This document shows positions 1 to 15,935 of a stretch of DNA of 64,000 nt, piece after piece (position 1 is the stretch's first letter; each line of letters starts with the position of its first letter). Under the pieces are notes generated by a model, which saw only the letters and a list, made by a program, of their open reading frames with translations, did not search any database and was not told where the DNA came from. The position numbers and the translations under genes were made by a program. This stretch comes from the human T2T-CHM13v2.0 reference genome, Homo sapiens: NCBI RefSeq assembly GCF_009914755.1, contig NC_060933.1; one strand, given 5' to 3'.

Positions 1-2440
<2,440 letters not shown>

Positions 2441-2777
2441 AGCTGGACAAGTTGTTTTTTAGGTTCCCTGTACACAGTCACCCAAGGACTTCCCTTTAAC
2501 ATCATCCTTGGAATTCCCTCTAATTCTCTTGTATTTTGGATCTCTTTTTGATAATCTTGTGCCTTATTCTTTATTTGATTTTCTCCATTGGAAAGTAGCT
2601 ATTTGAGAAATTATTTATCAGAGGAAAATTTAAAACTTGCATTCTGAAAGTTTTTGATCTTTATCCTTTTTCATAGTTCAGCTGGCCGTTCATTCAGTTT
2701 TAGTGTTTGAGAAGTCTGAAGTCAGTTGAATCCTGATCTTTTGTATGTAGTCCACGTTTTCCTCTGGAAACTTAACA

Positions 2778-2897
2778 CAGAGTGGCCATCAAGTCTGGAA
2801 TCTTTAGGTGATTATATATGAAATGGTTTACTTATGTTACATTATTATACATGATAAAATAATAATACGTGTGTTTCCATACTTGATGGGCACTCTG
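2778..2897. mobile_element. Small Tc1/mariner-type MITE (MARNA-like) with 23-bp terminal inverted repeats
   Basis: cagagtggccatcaagtctggaa (2778-2800) matches the reverse complement of 2875-2897 (cagagtgcccatcaagtatggaa) at 21/23; TA follows the right end. Family name from memory. Confidence 0.65.
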
Positions 2898-3617
2898 TAG
2901 AATCATTTTTTGTTCCCAGTGTTCTGAAATTTCATGATGATGGGCCTCACATGGATTGTTTTTCTTTCATTTTGCTAGGTTCTTGTTGAGCTCTTTCAAT
3001 TTTAGAGACTGGAGTAATTAATTTTTGGGAAATTCTCATTGCTTTGTTTATTCTTTGCACCTTATTCATCTTTCTCTGGACTCCTTTATATGTTGGGACT
3101 CCTGGATTGATTTTCTTATCTTTTTCTACTTAGACTCATTTTTATAGTTTAGTTCTACTTTGAGAGATTTACATAAATGTAGCATCCAATCCTTTTACAT
3201 GTGTTTATTTTAAATTCAAGCTACTCTGCCTTGGAATATTCCTAATCTAAAGGAGAATATACAAAAAAAGTTAACACTAGAATTGTCTGTGTTCCACCCC
3301 AGAGAAAATAATGTTGATTGCTCAGAGTAAGGTCATGTGCTACTCAAAAATTACCTCTTTATTTGATTATAGTAGTAATTTAGACTGCATTATACTGAGC
3401 CACCCTGTCTCCTGCAATATAATTTAATCAGGGGAAACAGGTCTACTACATTTTTAGGAAGATCTCAGATTTAAAACAGTGACAACATTTAAATTTGAAT
3501 TAAAATTATTCCTTTGGTAGATTATCTATAGAAAATTTTAAATGAAAATACTTCGAAGCTACCTTTCATTATATGTTCATACAGAATGTAAACACAGTTT
3601 AATACTAACCTGAACAA

Positions 3618-3784
3618 TATACATATATATTTTTTCTCCCATATATATGTGGTGTGTATTTATATACCTATATGTGTGTGTGTGTGTGTATATATACCCC
3701 ATCTCATATATATACACACACACACGCGCACACACACAAATGGCTGTGTGTGTGTGTGTATGTATATATATATGTGTGTGTGTG

Positions 3785-3840
<56 letters not shown>
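3618..3840. repeat. Compound (TA)/(TG)/(CA) microsatellite ending in (AT)27 at 3787-3840, at the tail of an Alu
   Basis: Read directly. Confidence 0.97.
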
Positions 3841-3844
<4 letters not shown>

Positions 3845-4123
3845 TGGGGTCTCATTCTGTTACCTAGACTGGAGTGCAGTGGCACAATCATAGCTCACTG
3901 CAACCTTGAACTCCTGGGCTCAAGCAATCCTCCTGCCTCAGCCTCCTGAGTATCTGGGACTACAGACACACACCACTGTGCTCGGCTGATATTTAAATTG
4001 TTTTGTAGAGATGGAGTCTTGTTTTGTTGCCCAGGCTGGTCTTAAACTCCTGACTTCAAATGATCTTCCTGCTATGGACTGCCAAAGTGCTGGGATTACA
4101 GGTGTGAGCTGCTGCACCTGGCC
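3841..4123 (-). mobile_element. Alu (AluJ-like)
   Basis: Dimeric Alu in reverse complement with J-type wording (atcatagctcactgca, ctcaagcaatcctcc). Confidence 0.9.
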
Positions 4124-4662
4124 TATCTGAGCAAAATTTAAATAGGAAGGCGAATCCTTTGAAAAGAAATTCGTATGTCTTCAAAGTGAATGTGAATTAT
4201 TTTTGATTATTTTTCCTTTTGGATTTTCCATGCCACCACACTGGTTCTACTTGCATGGACATTCAGATGTGAGACATTTGTTCCATTTCTAATGTTGTAT
4301 TTTAATTTTAAAGTTGTTTGGTACTACTGTTTTCTCAGTCTTGAGATAGTCTCTGAGCTAATTGAACTACGGTAGGTGGGTTTTGCTCGTCAAAAATGAT
4401 GGTGAATCCAAATCAACAGTAACCAAATCTATTTTGCTTATAGCCTTGGGCATACTACAAATACCTACTATCAAAGGGAAAGTAATATTGCTTTGAAGTT
4501 TTTCATTTAAGAATATTCAGTACTTTTTGTTTGAAAAAGGAGTTAGCCTTAAAAAGTCTTTTAGCATGAACACATGATATGTAGTACATCTGCCATATGT
4601 ATTAAAGGTGTGTAATATCAGTTGATGTAAGCATGTTTGAAAAACCTGCTCTGACACTTTAA

Positions 4663-4848
<186 letters not shown>

Positions 4849-5465
4849 TAGGTCATATTGGATGTATAGCAGGGTTTTTCCTCACCACATTCCATGAGAT
4901 AATAGTATGAAAGTTATTTTAGTGACATTGATAACAAAATTTCCAAAACTGGAAATGCTGATTACATCAAAGATACACATAATGAAACCTCTCTGATTTG
5001 GAATAATTGGGGGAAACTAACTGAACTAGTAAAAACTGAATTATAGAATTTTCAAAAATGTATTCAAATGTTTTTTTTTTATCGTGCATAAAACAGTATT
5101 ACTTAGATTAAGGGTGATTAGGGTTTGTAATTAATACATCTGATGATTTCAAAGACTTCCTTTTGTAATTGTTTTGTACCTGATCACTCTCTCTCCATTC
5201 CCCAGTAATCTAGCTTTTACACCATCACCAAGTTTATCTTTGTAAAATATTGATCTGTTTTTGTTAACCTCTCTTTATTTAAAACTCATCAGCATCTCGA
5301 TGTCTCCCTGTTGTTTTCAGAATAACGGCCAGCTTCTTGTTGTATAATCTCAGGACCTTTTCCTTTTGTCTTCATATTAACTTTTCTACCCTCTTATTTT
5401 GCCTTTGCCCTCTGTCTGTCTTGCTTTAGCCATATTAGAGTGCTCCTTGTTTTCTACACACATCT

Positions 5466-5759
5466 TTTCTTTTCTTTTTGAAGATGAGGTTTCACTCTGT
5501 TGCCCAGGCTAGAGTGCAGTGGTGCAACCCTAGCTCACTGAAATCTGCAGCTCCTGGGCTCAAGCAATCCTCTTGCCTCAGCCCCCCGAGTAGCTGAGAC
5601 TGCAGATGTGCCACCTTGCTTGGCTAGTTTAAAAATTTTTTTACAGAGATGAGGTCTCGCTATGTTGGCCAGGCTGGCACCAAACAAGTGGCCTCAAGTG
5701 GTCCTCCTGTCTTGGCCTCCCAAAGTGCTGGGATTAAGGCATGAAGCACTGCATTGACC
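5466..5759 (-). mobile_element. Alu (AluJ-like) inserted in L2-like sequence
   Basis: Alu reverse complement; TSD acacatctttt on both sides. Confidence 0.88.
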
Positions 5760-8700
5760 TAAACACATCTTTTCATATATTCTTATTTTTATTCAGGTTA
5801 TTCATTTCTTTTACCTGCAATGACTAAAATGCTCCTTTTCTTTTCCATTAACAGATTTCTTTACATCCTGTGATGCCCAGCTCTGATATCTTGCAATCTG
5901 TGAAGCTTTCTGTGATTCTATCTTCTCCACTCTCATCCACCTTAAGTTAAAATTCTGTGCCTCCTCAACAGTATTTCTTTAGTACTTAGTTCAGCATCTT
6001 TATCATAATACTCACCGAAATTTGATGTGTATTATGTCTCCCAAGAGGATATGAATGCATTGAGGTTAACTTACTTCATTTTACATACCTAGATTCCACT
6101 ATAGTACTTGGCTCAATAAACATTTGTTCGATGGATTTATTTGGTTGATGCAGAATCCTCTTCTCAGCAGTTTGCTGGGGACCCCACCATGGAGGGTGTA
6201 AAGTTTATGGTAATACTGTATTACTTCTTTGTTTTGTTCTATACATACATACTTTCCTCAGAGGCTTGACTACTTCACTTTCAGTTATATTCCAAAAGTT
6301 TTAGTGATTTAGTTATTGAGGACAATGGATATTATTTTCCTCAAAAAAGGTGGACCCTGGGTTATACTAGGAATTGGTCACCAAATCAGTGCTGCCCATA
6401 TCGAAAGCTAATAATAGGATATAGTTAAAACTCTTCAGTGTTTTTTCAGATGATCCAATATTATATACATTTTCCATTTATCTAAAGATGTTTGCTGTGT
6501 TCTGATTCAGGGAACTGATATCATTGCTTGTTCTAGAAATCAGTTTGCAGTTTGGTATTTTGAATGTGATGTTTTAGAAAGTTAAGAGCCCTCTGTGTAG
6601 TCTACTGTAGCATCTGTTCACTGTAATGTTATCTTAAATTTCATGGGCTGTTTTAACTCTTACCTCCTAGTTCAGGAGGTTGAATCAGTAGTGGAGAAAA
6701 ATATATCAGGGTCATTGAGCTGAGTACTGCATTTGGTTCGCTTGCTTATTAGATATTGTACTCAGTAGTTTGGAAAATAAGCCAGGGTTATAACTAAAAA
6801 TGCAAGAGTTAAGACATAATCACCAATATAGGTTGCATGAATTTTCCTAATTCTGGTTTTCTAGCACTTTAGTGAGTAGATACAAAATAAAATGAGACTG
6901 GTTTAACTCACCACAGAGCATATTCATATTTAGTGATTAAAAAATTTTACTTGGTACCAACAGATTTTTTTTTCTAAAACATTTACAGAGTGATATATGG
7001 CCTAAAATAATGCAAGTGGCAGCTCACCAGCAACCTTTGTTTTCCTGTTGGGACCGTCTGCACTCGTTGTATTCATTGTATTAACCCATTAAACACTACT
7101 GTTTTGATAATGATGCTGAAAATTGTAGGCTAATTGTTTCTTCAAAGCTTGATGGATTGCTAAAAGCAGTTGCAGATCTGTAAATAATCTAATAGTTCCT
7201 TGCCGAATGGGATGTTCGAAAAACTTACTCAGGTTGCCAGATTAAGTGATGTACAGTTGATGTGGCTCAGACTGTTAATATGTTCCTCTTAATTTTTTCA
7301 TCTCTCTTAAACTCATAGCTTTGCGTCTTATTTTCTTCCATCTTCCTCTTCTTTCTTCTTCCCTGTTAGCTTTCTTTTAACTTTTTCTGTTTTATGCTTA
7401 TTAGAGCTGCTGTTCTCTATTTCTTTACCTGACCATAATATGAAATTTAAGACCTGTTTAATGAAAATGTCTTTAAATAGTAAGTACAATGTTTTTCTTT
7501 TTATAAATTACTATTCTGTCACTTTTCCTAAATATATTCTTTTCTTGTACATATTCCTTTATTGACTTTTCTCGGTAGATTAGTGGCCTTTGGGGGAAAG
7601 AAGGCTTGCAAAGTTTCTCTTGAAAGATGTTTCTCCCAAATTAAAATTTTAAGCCATAAGAAATGAAGTTTTTCTAGTTCTGCATTCACAGTCTGGCTGT
7701 TATTTGTGCTTTCAATTCATAATTGTTGTTGACTGAAGACAGAATGACTTATGAGGAAGATTTTCCCTTTTGCTTTTGGAAACGAAATTGTTTTAATGAC
7801 ATGCCATGATTTTACATACCCTAGTGTGTCTTTTCCACAATTATATTTCTTTTGAGCATAATAGTTTCAGTATTTTACAGACTATGGATGGGAAGCATAA
7901 ATTACTAACAGGTAATTTTTCTTCCCTTTTGAGGTACCAGATTGTTTTCTAGTTTAGGTCATGTTCATGGTCATTATTTAAATCTTGGTCTTTATTTTCT
8001 CTGTTACATTGGAAAAGAAAGTTAAAGTCACTATCCTCTATAGGTTTACTCGTGAGATCAAGGTGTTATTAATAAGATACAAAGACTTGAGCAAATTTTG
8101 AGACTTACAAATAACTTTGTATGTGTTAGTACAGCATAGCCTTATGCTGTATCCTGGGCTAGATACAGCAGCAGAGCTGTTAGAGGCTTTAGAGATCATC
8201 TAGCCCAGGATACAGAAAGTCTTAATAAACCAGTTGGAAAGTGATAGCTCCCCTGTTTTGAGAGAGATATTATATAAATATAAAACATAATTTTGGAAAA
8301 GTCTAAACTGAGTATGTTGTCTTTTGGGGGTATTTAATAAATATAAACCAGCTAAATTTAATTGTACTTTATTTATTTTTAATTGACACAAAATAATTGT
8401 ATTAATACATATTTATATGGTACACTGTGATGTTTTGATATATACAACATAAAGTGATCAGATGTGGGTAATTACTATCTCAAACATTTATCATTTCTTT
8501 TTATTCTAATTATACTTTTATATTAATGAAATTACTTCAATTTATAGATTTAAAAGATATAACTAATAAATTAATGGTATATAATTATTGTTTTGAATGT
8601 CATTGAATTAGTAGGTTTTCAACATAGGACATCCAAGGACTTAACAAATTTATTTTCATGTTTACATGAAGATGTGAACACAGAATATGAAACTTGACAG

Positions 8701-11256
8701 AATTTGACTATAAAAAGTTTTGATTGGAAATTGAGCTTTTAGTTTCAAAATCTATGAATTTAATAATGATTTAATCAACTACTAAATAAAACTGAATTTC
8801 TAGTTTAAGATGCTGACTGATCATGCTTATTAAAGTCCATCTGAGGCTCAACAGATCCAGCTGGGTCTTTTAGACATTACTGTGAGTTTTTATATCTGCT
8901 TCTCTTGAAGCAGGGGAGCTTTCATTTTCAAATTGGTATTATTAGAACTTGCTCTGTGCTTTCTTCAATGAAATTTTCTTAAGTCCGTCATTTCTTGAGA
9001 TTTGTTTTCCTGCCACTCAGTAATATTTAGTTACAGCTCTAGGAGAGACTTTATATTGAAAAGGGAATTCTAGTTCTCAGGAGGTTTTGGTCAAAGAATG
9101 TTTTATTCTCTAAAGAACTTGTGATTGAAAATGGTCAAGTGTATATTTTTTCCCCAATACTTTTGGGGGTTTAACTGATTATATAATAGTAATGATTGCT
9201 AGCATTAAATATGATTTTGGAAAGTGCTTTGATGGTTATGCTTTGTGGTGAAGGTAATATTTCTTGATAATATTTTTACTTCCAATGAACTATTAGGTTT
9301 GCTTTAGAAGAACATGTTTCTGATTTTGTAGGAGGTTTTCAAAACTAATGGGCTAATAAATATTCTATTCTGATTTTTTACTAAAAAAAGATTGATTCTT
9401 GTTTTTCACCAAGAATAGGAGTAGTATTTATACATGGGCATTGTTTTTGCTAATATAAATATCACTTTCCGTTTCTCTTAGTGGCCCTTAAATTTTAGTT
9501 CTAGTAAATAATATTCATCGCGTAAGTGTCTTTGTGTATTTAAATATTCCTTTTAGGAGGCTGACTTCCTAAATTTATGGTATAGGCATAAAGCTTTTGC
9601 ATTAAGCCTTTTGAAATTTATTTCTATGCAAATTAGTAAATTTTGAAAATCCAAATCTCATTTTTCACCTGGGAAAAATAAAATGGTATTGTGTATGTAT
9701 GTGTGTGAGAGAGACAGAGAGCAAGAGATTGCGAGAGAGATGTTTATATGTTAAGGCCCATGTTCAGATTGAAAGGTAGCATCTACTGAAAAATAAACTG
9801 ATTGTCAAAGCTAAGTAAAGAAGGGTAACATTTCATTATGTGAGATAAGCAAGTGGGGTCATGGAATACTGACATCCGTGGAAGTGGCATAGGTAAACAA
9901 GGTGGTAGGGAACTAAGAGACTAGCTATCATTAATATGATTAGGGAAAAGCTGCTGATGGTGATGATAACAAAAGCTACTCAGACCTCCTTAAGCCCATA
10001 CAAATGCATTGTGCATATAATGGTAACTAGGTACAAGATATGATGAAAAGGTGAGCTGTGAGGGTAAAAGTATGTAATGAAGATTATAGGCTTTGATGCT
10101 TCCTCGTTTTTACTTAGAATTTCTTCATAATTGCTTAACATATATTTAAATAAAAAACTTAAAAGTTTTACTTGAGTTCAAAAATGTTCAGAAATTATAA
10201 GAACTATATATTAGTTGCAAAAGTTCAACCTATGTTTAAAATGCTTATTTCATTAAAAAAACCCATTGACTAAAGGCTTTTTTTAAACCTGTTTGTTTTT
10301 TCTATTATTTTTAACCTTATTAAAATTGGCCTTCATGGTTTTTATTGTTATTTATGACTTGAGTCAACTTTTTCCATAGCAGATCAGCAAGACCCATTTA
10401 CCAATTTTCAGATATAAATATTTATATATAGTTTTTATATGTTTCTTCAAGGCTCTCAATCGAAATTTTTATTTACGTGCCTTTCTATTTGTGGTACTCA
10501 TGTTGAGTGAGCAAAAAAGTGAGCATGAGGTTTTGAAGGATCATAAAAAAGAGAAGATGATTATGAAACAAACAAAAAAGAATGACATGTTAGATTAAGC
10601 CAGAAATGCATTCAGTTCAGCAGTGTGAGAGGTATAGTATCCCAAGGTGCATATAAAGGTAGTTTGTTATCTCATTTTTCTTTCTGGTTAAAGATATTTT
10701 TTAACCAACATTGACTCCTCTTTCATAATACATTAAGATTTGTCAATCACAACATTTTCTGAACTTTCTTTGAATATTTTGATATTTTTAGTCCCCTGTT
10801 TACACTGGTTGTAGATTCATCACAGCATTTAAAGTAGTCCGTGGGTCATGTTGGGTGATGAGTAAATGTTCACCTAAACATCATCTGCTTAGCCAACATA
10901 GCATTAAGGGACCTTTAATCCTAGGGCAACAAATTCCATATGTGAGTTTTGTCTTGAGGCAAATAAGTGAGTCCCTTTATCTTACAATTCTTTTAAATTT
11001 CTGGGGATGTTTAGAATTATAGCGTTTGTTGAGTCAACAATTTATCATTAACCTAAACTTATTCTTTATGTCACATGACAAAATATGTTAATAAAAAATT
11101 AGAAACAATATTTTATCTTCAGTTAGTACTTTGTTTTCAGCTCAACAGTTTTGTTTATTTAGCTAATGGATTCTGTTTTCATTCTCAAATTCCTTGTATA
11201 TTAAAAGGTTGTTAAGAGAACTACCAGCTTTGGAAACAAAATTTGAATATAAGCAT

Positions 11257-11556
11257 AGACCAGATATGGTGGCTGACACCTATAATCCCAGCACTTTGAG
11301 AATCTGAAACGGGAGGACCATTGAGCCCAGGAGTTTGAGACCAGCCTGAGCAACAAACGTAGTGAGACTCCCATATCTACAAAAAAATTTAAAAAAAATG
11401 AGCTGTGCGTGGTGACGTGTGCCTGTAGTTCTAGCTACTTGGGAGGCTGAGATGGGAGGATCACTTGAGTCTGGGAGGTTGAGGCTGCAGTGAGCCATGA
11501 TTACACCAGTGCATGCTAGCCTGGGGCACAAAGTGAGACCCTGTCTCAAAAAAAAA
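11257..11556 (+). mobile_element. Alu (AluJ-like)
   Basis: Dimeric Alu with A-rich linker and A-tail. Confidence 0.9.
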
Positions 11557-12333
11557 GATAAATGCAACCACAATCCAGCATTTAAAAAACAAAACAAAAT
11601 CCTGACACTTTTACTGTGTGAATGAAGAGTGGAATCTTCATTAATAAAACTGAAACAATTTGTTAGGAAAAAAAACTTGTCAACTGTAAAACAAGTTAAT
11701 AATGTAATTATTAAATTTAAGCTAACTTTCTACTGGCTATATTATTTGTAAGACTATTAGCCAGACATCTCTGTAGAATGATGTGAAAATTATAATATTA
11801 ATAATTACAAATGTAATAGTAATTTTCAGGTAGATGAACATTAGCTTCTTTTTAAGCCTGATGAGTGAGTAAATCTCTTTTTTGCTCTTTGAAAAATTTT
11901 ACACTATTCAATCTTTTCTGCCTAATTTGACCCTAATTTTGATCTCATATTGTAATAGTGTGGAAATATTAGCTCATATTTTAGTTAAGATTGAGCTCTA
12001 TACTTGAAAGAGAATTATTTTTGAACTAGGAATTTAATTGAACCTTGATATTAAGCTCACTCCAAGTATGCAGTTTATCTGGCTTTCTATAGATATATTC
12101 CTGTAAATTTTTATACCTTGATATTAATGGGGACTTCAGTCAGCTGGCATAATAGAAACAACATAAATTTTGGAGGCATATTGATCTGGGTTTTAATCCC
12201 AGACCCTATCTCATTTTAGTTGTGTGACTTTAGTGATATTCTTCCTCTGGATCCATTTGCTCATGTGTAAAATGGTGCTAACAATCTTGGTCATGCAGGG
12301 TTTTTGATGATCATTAAAGATAATATATGTATC

Positions 12334-12447
12334 GGGAGAATGGCGTGAACCCGGGAGGCAGAGCTTGTAGTGAGCCGAGATCGCGCCACTGCACTCCAGC
12401 TTGGGCAACAGAGTGAGACTCCATCTAAAAAAATAAAAAAATAAAAA
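12334..12447 (+). mobile_element. 5'-truncated AluY inside a MIR
   Basis: ggagaatggcgtgaacccgggaggcagagcttg (Y diagnostics); perfect 18-bp TSD aaagataatatatgtatc at 12316-12333 and 12448-12465. Confidence 0.92.
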
Positions 12448-13221
12448 AAAGATAATATATGTATCAAAATAGCAGAGGATGGAAAAAATATACCATGCAC
12501 CCAATAAAAAAAAACTGGAGTGGATATACTGATGATAGACAAAATAGACTTTAGAATAAAAATGTTACTAGAGATAAAGAGGGACATCTCATGTTGTTAA
12601 AAGGGTCAATCCACCAGAACGATCTAACATTTATAAACATGTGTACACCTAACAACAGACCTCCAAACTATTTGAAGCAAAACCTGACATAATTGAAGGG
12701 AGAAATAGACAACAATAATATTTCGGGGCTTCAGTACCCCACTTTCAGTAATGGGTAGAACAATGAGGAAGAATATCACCAAATAAATAGAAGACTCAAC
12801 AGTACTGTAAACAAATTAGACCTTACAGATATCTATAGAACACCACACCCATTAGCAAAAGAAGATACATTCTTCTCAAGTGTACGTGAAATATTCTTGT
12901 GGATAGATCATATGCTAGGCCATGAAACAAGCCTCAATAAATTTAAAAGGATTGAAATCATACAAAGTGTCTTCTCTGACCATAATGAAATTAAATTAGA
13001 AATTAATAACAGAAGGCAACAGAGGAAACATTCACAAATATGTGAAAATTAGATAACACACTCCTAAATAACCAGGAAGTCTAAAAGAAATCACAAAGGA
13101 ATTAGAAAACACTTTGAGATGAGTGAAATAAAAAGACAACATACCCAACTTTGTGGGATGCAGCTAACACTATGCTTAAGAGGGAAACTTACAACCATAG
13201 TCATCTATATTCAAAAAAAAT

Positions 13222-13351
13222 ACTGGGGCATGGTGGTCCATGCCTGTAGTTCCTAGCTACTTGGAAGGCTGAGGTGGGAGAATTTTTTGAGTCCAAGAGT
13301 TTGAGGTCAGCCTGGGCAACACAGCGAGACCCCGTCTCTTAAAAAAAAAAA
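13222..13351 (+). mobile_element. Alu monomer (FLAM-like)
   Basis: Single ~130-nt Alu monomer with A-tail. Confidence 0.8.
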
Positions 13352-13751
13352 TCCTCAAATCAATAACCTAACATTTCACGGTAAGAAAAGAGAAAAAGAA
13401 GAGCAAACTAAACCCAAAACAAGTGGAAGAAAATAAACAGTAAAGACTAACAAGGAAATAAAAGAAATAGAGAATTTTAAAAAATAGAGGAAATCAGTGA
13501 AACCAAAAGTTGATTCTTTGAAGAGATAACTCAATTGATAACTTTAGCTACACTCATCAAAAAAGGAGAAGAGATTCAAATTACTGAAATCATGAACGAA
13601 AGGGGGATATAACTACTGACCACACAGAAATAGAAATAATTGTAAGAGAATACTCTGAAAAACTATATGCCAACAAATTAGATAATTTAAAATGGACAAC
13701 TTTCTAGAAAGACACAAATTACCAAAACTGGTTAAGAAGAAATATAAAATC

Positions 13752-14111
<360 letters not shown>

Positions 14112-15232
14112 TCAAAAGAGATTGAATTAGTAATCAAAAAAACTCCCACAAAGAAAAGCCCAGGCCTAGATAGGTTCACTGGTAAATTTATTTAAATGTT
14201 TAAGAACAATTACCACCAATTCTTCATAAATTCTTTCAAAAATAGAAGAGGAGATAACACTTCCCATATCATTCTGTGAAATCAGTATTATTACCTTGTT
14301 ACAAAAACCAAATATACTGAAAGAAAAGAAAACTACAGACTAGCCTCCCTTTTGAATGTAGATGCTAAAATTCTCAAAACTATACTAGCAAGCTGAATCC
14401 AGCAAGATATAAAAAAGATATTACACCATGATCAAGTGGGATTTATCTCAGGAATGTAATACTAGTTTAACACCTGAAAATCAGCTAATGTAATAAATGA
14501 TGGAAGCCTAATGATTATCTCAATAGACACAGAAAAACATTTGATAAAATGCAGCATCCTTTTATGATAAAAATGCTCAACAAACTAAGAATACAAGGAA
14601 GCTTCCTCCTCAACCTCAAGAAGAGCATCTATAGAAAACCTACATCTGACATTACATTTAATGGTAAAAGACTGAATACTTTCACCATAAGATTAGGAAT
14701 AATACAAGGATGTACACTCTCACCATGTCTGTTCAACATTTTACTGGAGGTTCTAGCCAGTGGTATTAGGCAAGAAAAAGAAATAAAAGGCATCAGTTTT
14801 GGAAAGGTAGAAGTAAATTATCTATTTGCAGTTGACATAATCCTGTATATATTAGAAAATCCTAAGGAATCCACACATGCAGAGAAAATTATTAGAGCTA
14901 ATAAAGTAGTTTAGCAGAGTTGTAGGATACAATACAATATCCATTTAGGAAAGCAGTTGTATTTCTGTAACTAGCAATGAGCATTCCAAAAATAAAATTA
15001 AGGAAACAATTCTATTGACAATAAAATAATAAAGAATATAATACTTAGGAATAATTTGACAAAAGAAGCATAAAACTTGTCTGCTGAAAACTGCAATTTA
15101 TCATGGAAAGAAATTAAACAAGGTCGAAATAAATGGAAAAATATCTCATGTTCATGTAATAGTTAATACTGATGTTAGTACTCCCCAGATTGATGGTTTA
15201 ATGCAATCTCCATCAAAATCTCAGTTGACTTT

Positions 15233-15269
15233 TTGGAAGACAGCTATGCTTACCACTGTACCACCAATG
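15233..15269 (-). pseudogene. Retroposed 5' half of tRNA-Gly(TCC) (tailless retropseudogene)
   Basis: Minus strand cattggtggtacagtggtaagcatagctgtcttccaa versus remembered tRNA-Gly-TCC 5' half (G)CGTTGGTGGTATAGTGGTAAGCATAGCTGCCTTCCAA, 34/37; flanked by 14-bp imperfect direct repeats at 15221-15234 and 15275-15288. Confidence 0.85.
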
Positions 15270-15334
15270 AACTTTTAGTTGTCTTTTTGCAGAAATTGAC
15301 AAGCAGATCCTAAAACACATATGGAAATATAAGG

Positions 15335-15621
15335 AGGCCCAGCACAGTGGCTCATGCCTGTAATCCTAGCACTTTGGGAAGCCGAGGCGGGCAGATCACT
15401 TGAGGTCTGGAGTTCGAGACCAGCCTGGCCAACATGGTGAAACCCCGTCTCTACTAAAAATATAAAAATTTGCCAGGTGTGATGGCGCGTATCTGTAGTT
15501 CCAGCTATTCAGGAGGCTGAGGCATGAGAATCACTTGAATCCAGGAGCCAGAGGTTGCAGTGAGCCAAGATCACACTACTGCACTCTAGCCTGGGTGACA
15601 GAGTAAGACTCAGTCTCAAAA
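15335..15621 (+). mobile_element. Alu (AluS-like)
   Basis: Full dimer; TSD gaaatataagg. Confidence 0.92.
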
Positions 15622-15935
15622 GAAATATAAGGGACTATGAATAGCCAAAATAATCTTGAGAAAGAACCATAAAGTTGGAGTAGTAACACGTTCCAATTTT
15701 AAAGCTAACTACAAAGCTACAGTAGTCAAGATAGTATGGTACTAGCATAATGATTTACATGTATATCAATGGACCAGAATTGAGAATCTAGAAAAAAATC
15801 CTTCATGATTATGTTTAGTTGATTTTCAAAAAGGGTGTTAAGTCAATTCAGTGGGGGAAAGAATAATATTTTTCAACAAATGGTGCTGAGAGAACTGGCT
15901 ATCCACATCCAAACACCAAAGAATGAATTTACCTC

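Noticed and set aside
3577-3949. ORFs with [10 protein letters not shown] or CVCV runs
   Set aside because: Translations of dinucleotide microsatellites.
10850-11900. TGATGA motifs suggesting box C/D snoRNAs
   Set aside because: No properly spaced CTGA box with a terminal stem could be identified.
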